DNA from: an uncultured Acidobacteriota bacterium
GTDB lineage: Bacteria > Acidobacteriota > Thermoanaerobaculia > Gp7-AA8
Direction of reading: 5' to 3'
Length of the DNA stretch: 64,000 bases
Assembly (NCBI GenBank): GCA_937870635.1
Contig: CALMZP010000167.1
Coordinates: 40,917-104,916 of the forward strand
Below the pieces are notes generated by a model. The model was not told where the DNA came from, did not search any database, and worked only from the letters and a program-made list of their open reading frames with translations. Shown piece by piece: positions 20,194 to 31,871 of this stretch (position 1 is the first letter of the stretch; the number at the start of each line of letters is the position of its first letter). The position numbers and the translations under genes were made by a program.

Positions 20194-20913
20194 ATGCCGT
20201 CGCCCTATAACCTCGAAGTCGAATACAACTGCAGCGAGTGCCGCGTCCGTGCGGAGAGACTCTTCTGCAACATGACCGTGCCGACAGTTGGCGCACTCGA
20301 TACGGTGAAGTTCACCGGTCTCTACCCCAAGGGGTCCCTGCTGTTCGTCGAGGGCGAAGAACCGCGTGGCGTCTTCATTCTCTGCAGTGGCCGGGCGAAG
20401 CTCACGACGTCGTCGACCGAAGGGAAGACGCTGATCGTGAAGATCGCCGAACCCGGGGAAGTGCTCGGGGCCAGTGCGACGATCCTGAACAAGCCGTACG
20501 AGGTTTCCGCTGAAACGATCGAACCGTCGCAGCTCAACTTCATCAAGCGAGAAGACTTCATGAAGTTCCTCGGCGGTCACCCTGAAGCATGCATGCACAC
20601 CGCCCAGCAGCTCAGTGAGAAGTATCACTCCGCTCAGCGCGAGATCCGATCTCTCGGCCTCTCTCAGACGACTTCCGAGAAGCTGGCGCGGCTGCTGCTC
20701 GACTGGTCGGTCAAGAGCGGCGAGACGACCACCAAGGGCGTGCGCATCAAGGTCCTGCTCACGCACGAGGAGATCGCACAGATGATCGGGACGACGCGTG
20801 AGACGGTGACGCGACTGCTCAGCGACTTCAAGCGCCGCAAGATGATCGACGTGAAAGGCTCCAGTCTTTTCATCACCAACAAGTCCGGCCTGGAAAACAT
20901 GGTTTCCGTCTGA
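20194..20913 (+). CDS. Crp/Fnr-family transcriptional regulator with an FNR-like N-terminal Cys cluster
   Basis: cNMP-binding fold plus a C-terminal HTH (TRETVTRLLSDFKRRKMI). N-terminal Cys arrangement is CSEC-x9-C, with a further Cys near residue 130, as in O2-sensing FNR. ggagg RBS followed by an ATG at 20194. Confidence 0.85.
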   Translation: MPSPYNLEVEYNCSECRVRAERLFCNMTVPTVGALDTVKFTGLYPKGSLLFVEGEEPRGVFILCSGRAKLTTSSTEGKTLIVKIAEPGEVLGASATILNKPYEVSAETIEPSQLNFIKREDFMKFLGGHPEACMHTAQQLSEKYHSAQREIRSLGLSQTTSEKLARLLLDWSVKSGETTTKGVRIKVLLTHEEIAQMIGTTRETVTRLLSDFKRRKMIDVKGSSLFITNKSGLENMVSV

Positions 20914-21057
20914 GGACCATGTCACTTCCTCACGTTTGCGTGTGCGAACAGTCACCGAGGATGCGAGGTGTGCCCGCTAACGTCATTCAGTAACAAATCA
21001 TTTCTGGCGAGGTGCGATGTGACTGCGCAGACAGGTGCGGGTACGTTTCAGAATGCG

Positions 21058-21450
21058 ATGCCTTTTGTGGCAGATGTGCTTGGACCGCTCGAGAGGCCTT
21101 CGAAGATCGGCGCTGGCGATGTCCTCTTCCGCGAAGGCGAAGATCCCCGCGGTGTCTACTTTGTCCATGATGGCCGGTTCGACCTGGTGTTCTCGTCGCG
21201 CGGCGGGGATGCGAAACCCCTTCGCACCGCCGACACCGGACAGATCCTCGGCTTGAGCTGCATCGTGTCCAACCGTCCTCATGACTGCTCCGCGACGGCC
21301 AAGTCGGAAGCCACGGTCGGCTTCATTCCGAAAGACGAGTTTCAGAAGGTTCTGGACGCGAACCCGCAGCTCTGGATGACCGTCCTGCAGATGATCAGCA
21401 GCGATATCGGCGCCTGCTGGGACTGCATGCGCAGCCTGGGAAAATGTTGA
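21058..21450 (+). CDS. Stand-alone cyclic-nucleotide-binding-domain protein (no DNA-binding domain)
   Basis: GDVLFREGEDPRGVYFVHDGRF ... TADTGQILG, a cNMP-binding beta-roll. Start uncertain (GTG at 20968 or ATG at 21058). Confidence 0.55.
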   Translation: MPFVADVLGPLERPSKIGAGDVLFREGEDPRGVYFVHDGRFDLVFSSRGGDAKPLRTADTGQILGLSCIVSNRPHDCSATAKSEATVGFIPKDEFQKVLDANPQLWMTVLQMISSDIGACWDCMRSLGKC

Positions 21451-21652
21451 GCCACCCGGCCGGCCGCCCGTGACGCCACCGCCCGGGCCGCCGTGACGCC
21501 TTCCCTTCGCCCACCCGTGACGCCGGCCGCCCGCCGCCCGTGGACGGGGGCGGTTCTGCTTTACGGGCGGTGGGGTGGCGGCGTCACGGGCAGGCGGGCG
21601 AAAGGCATCACGGTGGGAAGTGCGGGCGGCGTCCCGGGGCGGCGAGGGCAGG

Positions 21653-21688
21653 GTGACGAATGTCACGCGCCGGCATGACGCCGGTCAT
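21653..21688. promoter_or_regulatory. Two adjacent nTGAC-N4-GTCAn palindromes 47-82 bp upstream of PFOR (candidate Crp/Fnr-family operator sites)
   Basis: GTGACgaatGTCAC (21653-21666) and ATGACgccgGTCAT (21675-21688), with centres 22 bp apart. They are preceded (21468-21590) by three direct and one inverted copy of CCGTGACGCC at 22-24 bp spacing. Confidence 0.4.
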
Positions 21689-21734
21689 GAGGCGATGTTT
21701 GCGCCGGATTTAACTTGCCGATGGAGGCTGTCCC

Positions 21735-25286
<3,552 letters not shown>

Positions 25287-25296
25287 TGGGTGCTCA

Positions 25297-25376
25297 GTGG
25301 AGCCGCGGGCGATCTCGCCCGCGGTTCTTTCTTATCCGACGAGGGGACCTGCGGGCGGGATCGCCCGCGGCTCCAC
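25297..25376. repeat. Paired REP-like palindromes (the composite is itself palindromic) between convergent genes
   Basis: gtggagccgcgggcgatctcgcccgcgg ... cctgcgggcgggatcgcccgcggctccac. Confidence 0.8.
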
Positions 25377-25385
25377 TTTGTCCGA

Positions 25386-26387
25386 CTACGACGTTGCCGT
25401 GGTCAGCTTCTCCGCCGGCTGAGGCCGCAGCGCTTCCGTGAGCCCCTGCAGCCTTTTTCTCGCCTCGGTCTGCTCCTCCAGGGTGCCGCCGAGGAGGCGC
25501 TGGATCTCCAGGAGCTCGTGGATGACGTCAGGCGTGGCGTCGCCCATTGTGACGCTGCCTTTGGTCTGATCGGCAGCCACCGCGGCCTTGCGTGCCTCGA
25601 CCGCCCGCTGAAGCTCGGCGGCACGCGCTTCCATCTCGCCGGGAATGCCCAGGATCGCTTCATCGGTGATGGTCTTGAGTGCGCCGCGCTGGATGTCATC
25701 CGCTTTCGCGATCTCCCGAAGCTGAAGGAGCCGCTTGACGGCCGGATAGTACGGGCTCGACGGATCGTCTACGAGCTTCGCCTCGAGGAGTACCACTTCG
25801 GCCACGGCCTGCTTGTTTCCGCTCTCCACTCCGACTTCGGCGGTGGCGCGGACGCTCTTGCCGATCTCCGGCAGCGCGATGCCGTGCGTGTCACCAGGAT
25901 TGACCCAAACGTTCACTGGCAGCTCGTGCTTCGTGACCGTACCGCTGAATGCGGTCGATTCGAGGAAGATGTTCCGAACGAACACGCGGTTGTTCGCGGA
26001 GACGAAATTCCGCTTGCGCGGCGACACGACGAGAACGCGATAGGCGTTCGGTGCCGTGACAGTGATCAGCTGCAGCTCTTTCTCGGTCTGAACCTTCTGA
26101 ACGGCTTTCTCGTCCGATACGCGGCCGCCTTCCTCGCGCTGGAGCGCCGCCCAGCGATACGTGCCGTCATCGCGCTTCTCACGCATGCTCTCGATGTTCT
26201 CGTCGACGATCGCCAGGATGACCTGACGGTTGTCGCGGAGGTCTTTGGCGACGGCGGCGACGCGGGTCAGCGCGTGGAGATCGGCGCCGAGGGCGGTGAC
26301 TTTCTCGTCGCGGGGAAGGGGAGCTTCGGCGGCCAGAGGGATCGAGAGAACAGACAACAGCAGCGCTGCGGGAGCGAGCTTACGCAT
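25386..26387 (-). CDS. Secreted hypothetical protein (signal peptide, coiled-coil-rich C-terminus)
   Basis: MRKLAPAALLLSVLSIPLAAEA; ATG at 26387. Confidence 0.55.
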   Translation of the reverse strand: MRKLAPAALLLSVLSIPLAAEAPLPRDEKVTALGADLHALTRVAAVAKDLRDNRQVILAIVDENIESMREKRDDGTYRWAALQREEGGRVSDEKAVQKVQTEKELQLITVTAPNAYRVLVVSPRKRNFVSANNRVFVRNIFLESTAFSGTVTKHELPVNVWVNPGDTHGIALPEIGKSVRATAEVGVESGNKQAVAEVVLLEAKLVDDPSSPYYPAVKRLLQLREIAKADDIQRGALKTITDEAILGIPGEMEARAAELQRAVEARKAAVAADQTKGSVTMGDATPDVIHELLEIQRLLGGTLEEQTEARKRLQGLTEALRPQPAEKLTTATS

Positions 26388-26443
26388 GGTGATTCAACTC
26401 CTCTTTTTCAATACCGTGGACCGGGCGGGAGGATATCAGAGCG

Positions 26444-26533
26444 GGGGCCTGGACCCTGGACCCTGGGAGTGACGCGTTGCGAGTCTCACGTGGGAGCTGT
26501 CACTCGTCTCCCAGGGTCCAGGGTCCAGGGCCC
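26444..26533. repeat. Heptamer-based palindrome (GGACCCT)x2-3 ... (AGGGTCC)x3 with an imperfect central segment
   Basis: gggggcctggaccctggaccctgggagtgacg ... gtcactcgtctcccagggtccagggtccagggccc, immediately 3' of the nitroreductase stop. Confidence 0.7.
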
Positions 26534-26538
26534 AATGG

Positions 26539-27567
26539 CTACTTGACCACGGACTCCACGGGCCGCCGGGGCATCGGTTTGGGCACCGGACGGCCGTAGC
26601 CGATGCGCATCAGCAGCTGCGGGGGCTTGCTCGAGCGGAGCATGGACCACAGCTCCTTCCGCATCTCCTCGATCCCGATGGGTTGGTTGAGAAACGAGTA
26701 ATCGATCCCGTGAAGCGTCAGCAGCAGGAGAAGACATTCCAGGGTTTCGCCGGCGCGAAGGAGGGAGATGGCGTCGTCGTCGGCCGTCACCGCGATGAGG
26801 CCTGCCGCCTGCTCGGCGAGCTCGTGGTCGTGAGCGGCATGGCTGGACGCGACGTCGAACCGTCTGATCATCCATGGAGCGAGTGCCGAGAGCGGGCCGG
26901 GAATCCCGAACGCATCGGCAGACATCCCGTCGAGTGCCGAGCTTTCGTTCGGGCGGATCCAGTCCGCCAGCTCGTGGCGGAACGATTCCTGGCTCATGAG
27001 AACGCGATCGGCCGCAGCGACGAGGTCCGCCACGTGCCTGCGGTCATGAGGCACGACAAAAACCATCGTGGCGGCGTGTTCTTCCATGAAGTCGACGACC
27101 GCGGCGAGCGCGCTCTCGTCGATTGCTTTTTCCTGGAAGGGCTGCCGATTGGTATGACGGCGGGTGATGGCCGCGAAAAGCCGGCTGAGCGACGTGTCGG
27201 GCGCGCAAGTCTCACGAAGGGCAACCAGTGCGATCGGTACGCTCTCCTCGCGCGGCGTGCGATAGAGCACCGTCGTCCCGTAGCCGAAATGCGCAGCGGC
27301 GACGCGAAGATTCGCGACGGCGGCTCCGAGGCTCATCAGAAGCTCGCGGTCGTTGGGGTCGGCGATGGGCAGGCGGCGCTCGAAGTCGGCGAAGACCTCG
27401 ATGCCGTCGGGAGTGAGCCGGAACGACCAGGGCTGTGTGTTGTGACCGGACGGAGCGAGGACGGCGTAACGCAGGAGAAAACGCAGCTGTTCATCGCGGC
27501 TCTCGATTTCGTAGTAATCAGCCTCGTCGATCTGCCAGGGCGTCTTCCGCGGATTGAACTCTTCCAT
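26539..27567 (-). CDS. Acg-type (tandem-domain) nitroreductase family protein
   Basis: LAPSGHNTQPWSF nitroreductase signature. The 342-aa two-lobed architecture resembles the mycobacterial Acg family. Confidence 0.75.
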   Translation of the reverse strand: MEEFNPRKTPWQIDEADYYEIESRDEQLRFLLRYAVLAPSGHNTQPWSFRLTPDGIEVFADFERRLPIADPNDRELLMSLGAAVANLRVAAAHFGYGTTVLYRTPREESVPIALVALRETCAPDTSLSRLFAAITRRHTNRQPFQEKAIDESALAAVVDFMEEHAATMVFVVPHDRRHVADLVAAADRVLMSQESFRHELADWIRPNESSALDGMSADAFGIPGPLSALAPWMIRRFDVASSHAAHDHELAEQAAGLIAVTADDDAISLLRAGETLECLLLLLTLHGIDYSFLNQPIGIEEMRKELWSMLRSSKPPQLLMRIGYGRPVPKPMPRRPVESVVK

Positions 27568-27571
27568 CGTT

Positions 27572-28687
27572 TCACCTCACGGCGTGGTTGAGAATCGGCG
27601 CGGCGGCGGCGAACTGTCCCGGTTCGTAACTGCAGAGCGGGTCTGCGGCGAACAGGTCGCCGGTCGTCGCGTAGGCACGTGCGCGGGAGCCGCCACAGAT
27701 ACGCCTGAACTCGCACTGGCCGCATTTTCCCTTGAGCCGGCTGTCGTCACTGATCTGCAGGAACAGATCGGACGACCGGTAAATCGTCGAGAGAGGTTGA
27801 TACCGGACATTTCCCGCAGTGAGCGGGAGGAACGGGCTGATGCTCACTTCGCCGGAATGTGAGATGAAGACGATCTCGCTGCGATCCGTCGTGGCGCGTG
27901 AGATGGCCTGCTGCTCGAGCGAGGCGTCATCCGCATCAGCCGATTCGAAGTAACGGTCGATCGTGCGGCGGCGTTCGTCGAGTCCCTTCTGCAGGACGAA
28001 GCGGCGGTAGTGCGGCGCCTCGATCGTGCGGATCGCGACCCGCGACCTCGAGCCGATCCCGAAGAGGCGTTCGAACACCGCCTCGGCCTCCGCTGAGCTC
28101 AGTGAGTCGTTTCTGTTCATCTCGCGCGTCGGGACCGCGAAGTAGACGTTCCAGCGCTGAACGGAGAGGCCGGCCAGCAGCTGGGCGATCGTCTCGAGGT
28201 CGTTGACGTTGTGGCGCGTCACGAGCGTGTTGACGTCGAGCGCCATCTCGTACGTTCGCGCCCACCGGATCGCGAGGAGGCTCTGAGTGAAATGGCCGGG
28301 GACGCCGCGCGCCGCATCGTGACGATCAGGGGAGGAGGAGTCGATGCTGATCGCGAGGCGCGAAAGGCCGTGGCGGCGGAGCTTGCCGATGGCGTTGCCC
28401 GTGAGGAGCTGCGTGACGCTGAGGGCCAGCGTCGGCTGCAGGTTCCTCCGGACGGCGTAGTCGACGAGCTGATAGACGTCCGCCCGTTCGAGCGGATCGC
28501 CGCCGGTGATCAGCAGCTCTTCGGGATGCAATGCGGCGATCTGGTCGATCGTCTTGTACGCCTCGTACGTCGAGAGCTCGACAAGACTCCGCTTCTGCTG
28601 CGCTCCGACGGTGCAGTGCAGGCAGGCCAGTTTGCATGCACGCGTCAGCTCCCACATCACGATCCGCGCCTGGTTGTAATGACCCAT
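27572..28687 (-). CDS. Radical SAM / SPASM-domain enzyme
   Basis: CKLACLHC (CxxxCxxC) near the N-terminus, a GGDPL SAM-binding motif, and a C-terminal SPASM Cys cluster (CGQCEFRRICGG...PLC). ATG at 28687; the alternative GTG at 28756 would add 23 aa including a CC pair. Confidence 0.85.
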   Translation of the reverse strand: MGHYNQARIVMWELTRACKLACLHCTVGAQQKRSLVELSTYEAYKTIDQIAALHPEELLITGGDPLERADVYQLVDYAVRRNLQPTLALSVTQLLTGNAIGKLRRHGLSRLAISIDSSSPDRHDAARGVPGHFTQSLLAIRWARTYEMALDVNTLVTRHNVNDLETIAQLLAGLSVQRWNVYFAVPTREMNRNDSLSSAEAEAVFERLFGIGSRSRVAIRTIEAPHYRRFVLQKGLDERRRTIDRYFESADADDASLEQQAISRATTDRSEIVFISHSGEVSISPFLPLTAGNVRYQPLSTIYRSSDLFLQISDDSRLKGKCGQCEFRRICGGSRARAYATTGDLFAADPLCSYEPGQFAAAAPILNHAVR

Positions 28688-28774
28688 CGGTACCTCAGTC
28701 GTTGTGTTTGTTCGATGACAACACGACACCGAGTCGCCCCCGATGACCGCCCGCACACGGCCTTGTGACGATGG

Positions 28775-29518
28775 TTACGTCGTGAGAAACGGGCAGGAGC
28801 GCGGGATGCCCGATGGGTGAGGATGGTCATGGTGGCAGGCATCGGGCGCTTCCCCGAGAAGGCAGGGGCCGGGCACTCCATCGATCCACACCACGTCTCC
28901 AACCGTCTGCATCGTGCCCGCGGCGAGCAGTTCGACGATCCGGCGGAGCATCGGTCCCCACGCATCGCGGATCATCCACGCGCGATGGACATCGGCGTAG
29001 GCGGCCACGAGGGCAGCATCTCCGCGCCGCTGCGCGTCCGCGGCCGCGGGGGGAACGCGATACGGAGCACTCAGAAGGAACAGCGGCCCTTCCTCTACGT
29101 TTTCCGTGACGACGAATGCAGAGCAGCGGGTCTGGTCGAGACCGTCGAAGAGGGCCGTCCGGACGGGGTGCAGGCCCTTGTACCGGCGCTGTCCGTTTTC
29201 ATCGAGCAGGGTAAGGTCGCCGTCGTGCAGGGCGATGATCCTTCCGGGAAAGGCTTCGACCATCGGAACGGTGAGAATCCATGGGTAGCCCGCCAGCAGC
29301 ACGAAATCGGCGCCGGCGGTCTGGAGTGAATCGGCGAGCTCACGATCGAAGACGCGGCGATTGTTGAGATTGCGCGGCGGACACCGCGCGCCTCCGTCGA
29401 TCGTGGCCACGATGTCGTACACGACCTCGTATCGATGGTCGTTGGTGAGGGCGTCGACGCCGGGTGCTCCCTGCGATGTCAGGATCGCGACGCGGAGCGG
29501 CGATGAATCGAGACGCAT
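28775..29518 (-). CDS. Formyltransferase-fold (PurN/Fmt N-domain-like) protein, divergent active site
   Basis: RVAILTSQGAPGVDAL ... ADFVLLAGYPWIL ... ALHDGDLTLLDENGQRRYKGLHP ... CSAFVVTENVEEGPLF aligns to PurN (DLIVLAGYMRIL / NIHPSLLPKYPGLH / TSVHFVTDELDGGP). The catalytic N/H/D region has substitutions. Confidence 0.6.
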   Translation of the reverse strand: MRLDSSPLRVAILTSQGAPGVDALTNDHRYEVVYDIVATIDGGARCPPRNLNNRRVFDRELADSLQTAGADFVLLAGYPWILTVPMVEAFPGRIIALHDGDLTLLDENGQRRYKGLHPVRTALFDGLDQTRCSAFVVTENVEEGPLFLLSAPYRVPPAAADAQRRGDAALVAAYADVHRAWMIRDAWGPMLRRIVELLAAGTMQTVGDVVWIDGVPGPCLLGEAPDACHHDHPHPSGIPRSCPFLTT

Positions 29519-29522
29519 GGTT

Positions 29523-29825
29523 TCAGACCAGCACGGGCTCGTCTTCGGCGACTTCGATGAGGCCGTCCATCTCGGCCATGACATCGCGGGCGATGGGATC
29601 CTCACCCGCCTCCGTCAGAAGGACTTCATACAGCGCCAGCGTGTCAGCGACATCCTCGACGCCGATGATGCGCACGGCAAATCCGGCGTGGTCGATGATG
29701 TAGTCGCCCACCGCCGGCTGGCTGTCGAGGTGATCGAGGCGGACGGGCCGCCGGGTTCCCCAGAAGTCGACAGTGGCCGTCTTGCCTTCAATCTCGAGAA
29801 TCTGTCCGGGCACACCCAGGCACAT
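29523..29825 (-). CDS. HypC/HupF/HybG-family small protein
   Basis: N-terminal MCLGVP (essential Cys2 motif) and a central GDYIIDHAGFAV (HypC His51 region). 100 aa. ggaggt RBS followed by an ATG at 29825. Its stop lies 4 nt from the next start. Confidence 0.7.
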   Translation of the reverse strand: MCLGVPGQILEIEGKTATVDFWGTRRPVRLDHLDSQPAVGDYIIDHAGFAVRIIGVEDVADTLALYEVLLTEAGEDPIARDVMAEMDGLIEVAEDEPVLV

Positions 29826-29976
29826 GAGAAACCTCCGTGTCGTGAGAGTAGGTGGGGTGGGTCAACGGCCGGATGACCAGTCGTACGTCGCCATGTGTCG
29901 TCTGTCACATGAGCGAGCAGAACGTGGAGCACGGGCGACCCGCGCCCGCGCCCTTTTGACAACGAGAGACATGAAC

Positions 29977-30052
29977 GGCGCGGGCGAGGTCGCCCGCGCT
30001 CCACTGGATCGCGCGTCAGGCCCCATGGTGGCGGGATCGCCCGCGGCTCCAC
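29977..30052. repeat. Paired (partly degenerate) REP-like palindromes in the intergenic gap inside the radical-SAM / HypC locus
   Basis: ggcgcgggcgaggtcgcccgcgctccac ... ggcgggatcgcccgcggctccac. Confidence 0.7.
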
Positions 30053-30107
30053 ACCAAGGCGAGCCGGGGACGGAAGGTCGAAGGTCGAATCGCCCCGAAG
30101 CCAGCCT

Positions 30108-31334
30108 TCAGGCGGCCGGGATCTTCTTCCAGGCGATGTAAGGACGGGCCAGTTGGCGCAGCGTCCAGTTCTTGAGGTGGTACGCCTTCGTGGCAAAGGA
30201 CGGCTCGACGAGCCCCGCCGTTTCTTCGGGCTGTACGACGAGCGAGACCTCGATGGGGAGCACTCCGACCGGGAGACCTGCGCGGCGGCAGCTCTCATGA
30301 AGGTACGCGAAGACTTCGCGCATCGCGTCGGGATCGGGAGAAGGTACGTTCTCCATCTCGCTGCCGATCGTGGGCCGGAAGATGCAGACGGTCGGAAAGG
30401 CGCCGGCGTTGACGATGCGGTCGATGCCGCGCTTCGTGGCCTCGATGGGCTCGATGCCGGCGATGATCTCGCCCGAAACGCGGCCGCGCCCGAGCTTTTT
30501 CGCGGTGTACTCCATGGCTTCGAAGAACGCGCTCTGTCCGACGGTTTGGGCCTTTCCGGGACAGAGCCGCGCGAACGTCTCGGGATCCTCGAACTCATAG
30601 CAGAACGAGAAGTGATCCGTGCCGGCGTCGATCAGCGCGTCGTACTCGTTGAAGTTGCGGCGGGGAACGGGCACCGCCTGCACGCCGATGAAGCCGCCGA
30701 CGTATTTGCGCACCGCCCGAACGTACGGCTCGCACATTCGCAGCCCGTGCATCGATTCGCGGTCGTTCTGGTCCTCGTAGTGGTAGCCGGTGTTGAAGTG
30801 CGTGAAGATCGCGCCCGACTCGTCACGCGCCGCGCGCGCCACCTCGATCACGTCCTCGACGCGCTTGCGTGACTCTTCGGCGGTGCCGACGTTCTTTCCC
30901 GTCGTGCAAAACTTGCAGGCCAGGTTCAGTTTCGATGACCAGTACAGGCACCGCGCCGATACGTAGATGCCGAGGTAGTTGCCCTGCAGGACGCCGATAC
31001 GGCTCATGGGCGTGTCGGACGAGGTCATGCGCGAGTACCACGCCGGTTCGGCGGGGATGGTGACCTCGTAAAGGAGGCCTGTGCGCGTGTCGACGACTCC
31101 GTACCGGTCGTCGCCCTGCTGCAGAAGGAACGGCGAATCGGCCGCGAATTTTTCCACGACCGGGACGTTCGCCCAGATGTTCTTGGGACGCGAAGGAATG
31201 ACGATCTCCAGCCCTGAGCCGAGTCCGGCGCGTGTACGGGTGATCCGGCGGCCGATTTCTCCGGCGTGGCAGCTGGGGTCGATCCTCATTCCACGGCAGA
31301 ACAGCTCGATCTCGAGTTCAACCGGTTTGAACAT
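30108..31334 (-). CDS. Radical-SAM-like TIM-barrel protein with a noncanonical Cys motif (C-x10-C-x2-C) and an N-terminal extra domain of about 110 aa
   Basis: SARCLYWSSKLNLACKFCTTGKN, followed by barrel-like segments (NFNEYDALIDAGTDHF, GEIIAGIEPIEATKRGIDRIVNAG). ATG at 31334. Family assignment is uncertain. Confidence 0.45.
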   Translation of the reverse strand: MFKPVELEIELFCRGMRIDPSCHAGEIGRRITRTRAGLGSGLEIVIPSRPKNIWANVPVVEKFAADSPFLLQQGDDRYGVVDTRTGLLYEVTIPAEPAWYSRMTSSDTPMSRIGVLQGNYLGIYVSARCLYWSSKLNLACKFCTTGKNVGTAEESRKRVEDVIEVARAARDESGAIFTHFNTGYHYEDQNDRESMHGLRMCEPYVRAVRKYVGGFIGVQAVPVPRRNFNEYDALIDAGTDHFSFCYEFEDPETFARLCPGKAQTVGQSAFFEAMEYTAKKLGRGRVSGEIIAGIEPIEATKRGIDRIVNAGAFPTVCIFRPTIGSEMENVPSPDPDAMREVFAYLHESCRRAGLPVGVLPIEVSLVVQPEETAGLVEPSFATKAYHLKNWTLRQLARPYIAWKKIPAA

Positions 31335-31476
31335 GCGCTGAGTGAACCTCACCGCTGCACACGAGCAAGTGACGGAAGGAAGAGTGACGTGTGACGATCG
31401 TCACACGCCCGTGTGAGACCGTGTACCGCCGCGGGAGAGCTCCGAATCCATGATCCATTCACCGACGGAGGACATC

Positions 31477-31866
31477 ATGGGAAAAACGATCGAGACGTTG
31501 AACCGGAACGAGCTTATCTCCCGACTGCGTCGTGAGTTGATGCAGGGTACGGACGAAGAAAACTCGGTATGTAAGGTAGCCGCCGAGCGCGGCGTGTTCT
31601 GCAAAGGGTTCACGCGTTACACCGACGAAGAGTTCCGCAAACGCTACGACTGGATCGTGGCCAAGAACCCGGTCATGACCCGCGAGGACCTGGAGCGGAT
31701 CGCCAATGACTGGCAGCTCGGGCAGCAGGAAGTCCACGAGCTGCCCACGGCGTGCGACGTCCAGCAGAAGGTCTACGACACGTGCCGCGGATGGAACGAC
31801 TTCACCAATGAACAGCTCGCGAAGTTTTACTTCCAGCTCACGGGCGACGAGATAGCAATCCTATAG
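31477..31866 (+). CDS. Small hypothetical protein with four Cys residues
   Basis: Perfect GGAGG RBS 6 nt before the ATG at 31477. 129 aa. Divergent from the radical-SAM-like gene. Its stop lies 5 nt before the next start. Confidence 0.55.
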   Translation: MGKTIETLNRNELISRLRRELMQGTDEENSVCKVAAERGVFCKGFTRYTDEEFRKRYDWIVAKNPVMTREDLERIANDWQLGQQEVHELPTACDVQQKVYDTCRGWNDFTNEQLAKFYFQLTGDEIAIL

Positions 31867-31871
31867 ACTTC

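Noticed and set aside
28688-28774. Short palindrome tcgtgttgtcatcgaacaaacacaacga just upstream of the rSAM/SPASM start, or a precursor-peptide ORF in the gap
   Set aside because: No small ORF with a start and RBS fits in the 88-bp gap. The palindrome is short and could equally be part of an N-terminal extension if the GTG at 28756 is the true start.
29523-29825. Interpreting the HypC-like gene as evidence of a hydrogenase gene cluster
   Set aside because: No hydrogenase large or small subunit, hypD/E/F or hypA/B genes are present in the window. The neighbours are radical-SAM, formyltransferase-like and nitroreductase genes, so a conventional hydrogenase locus is not supported here.
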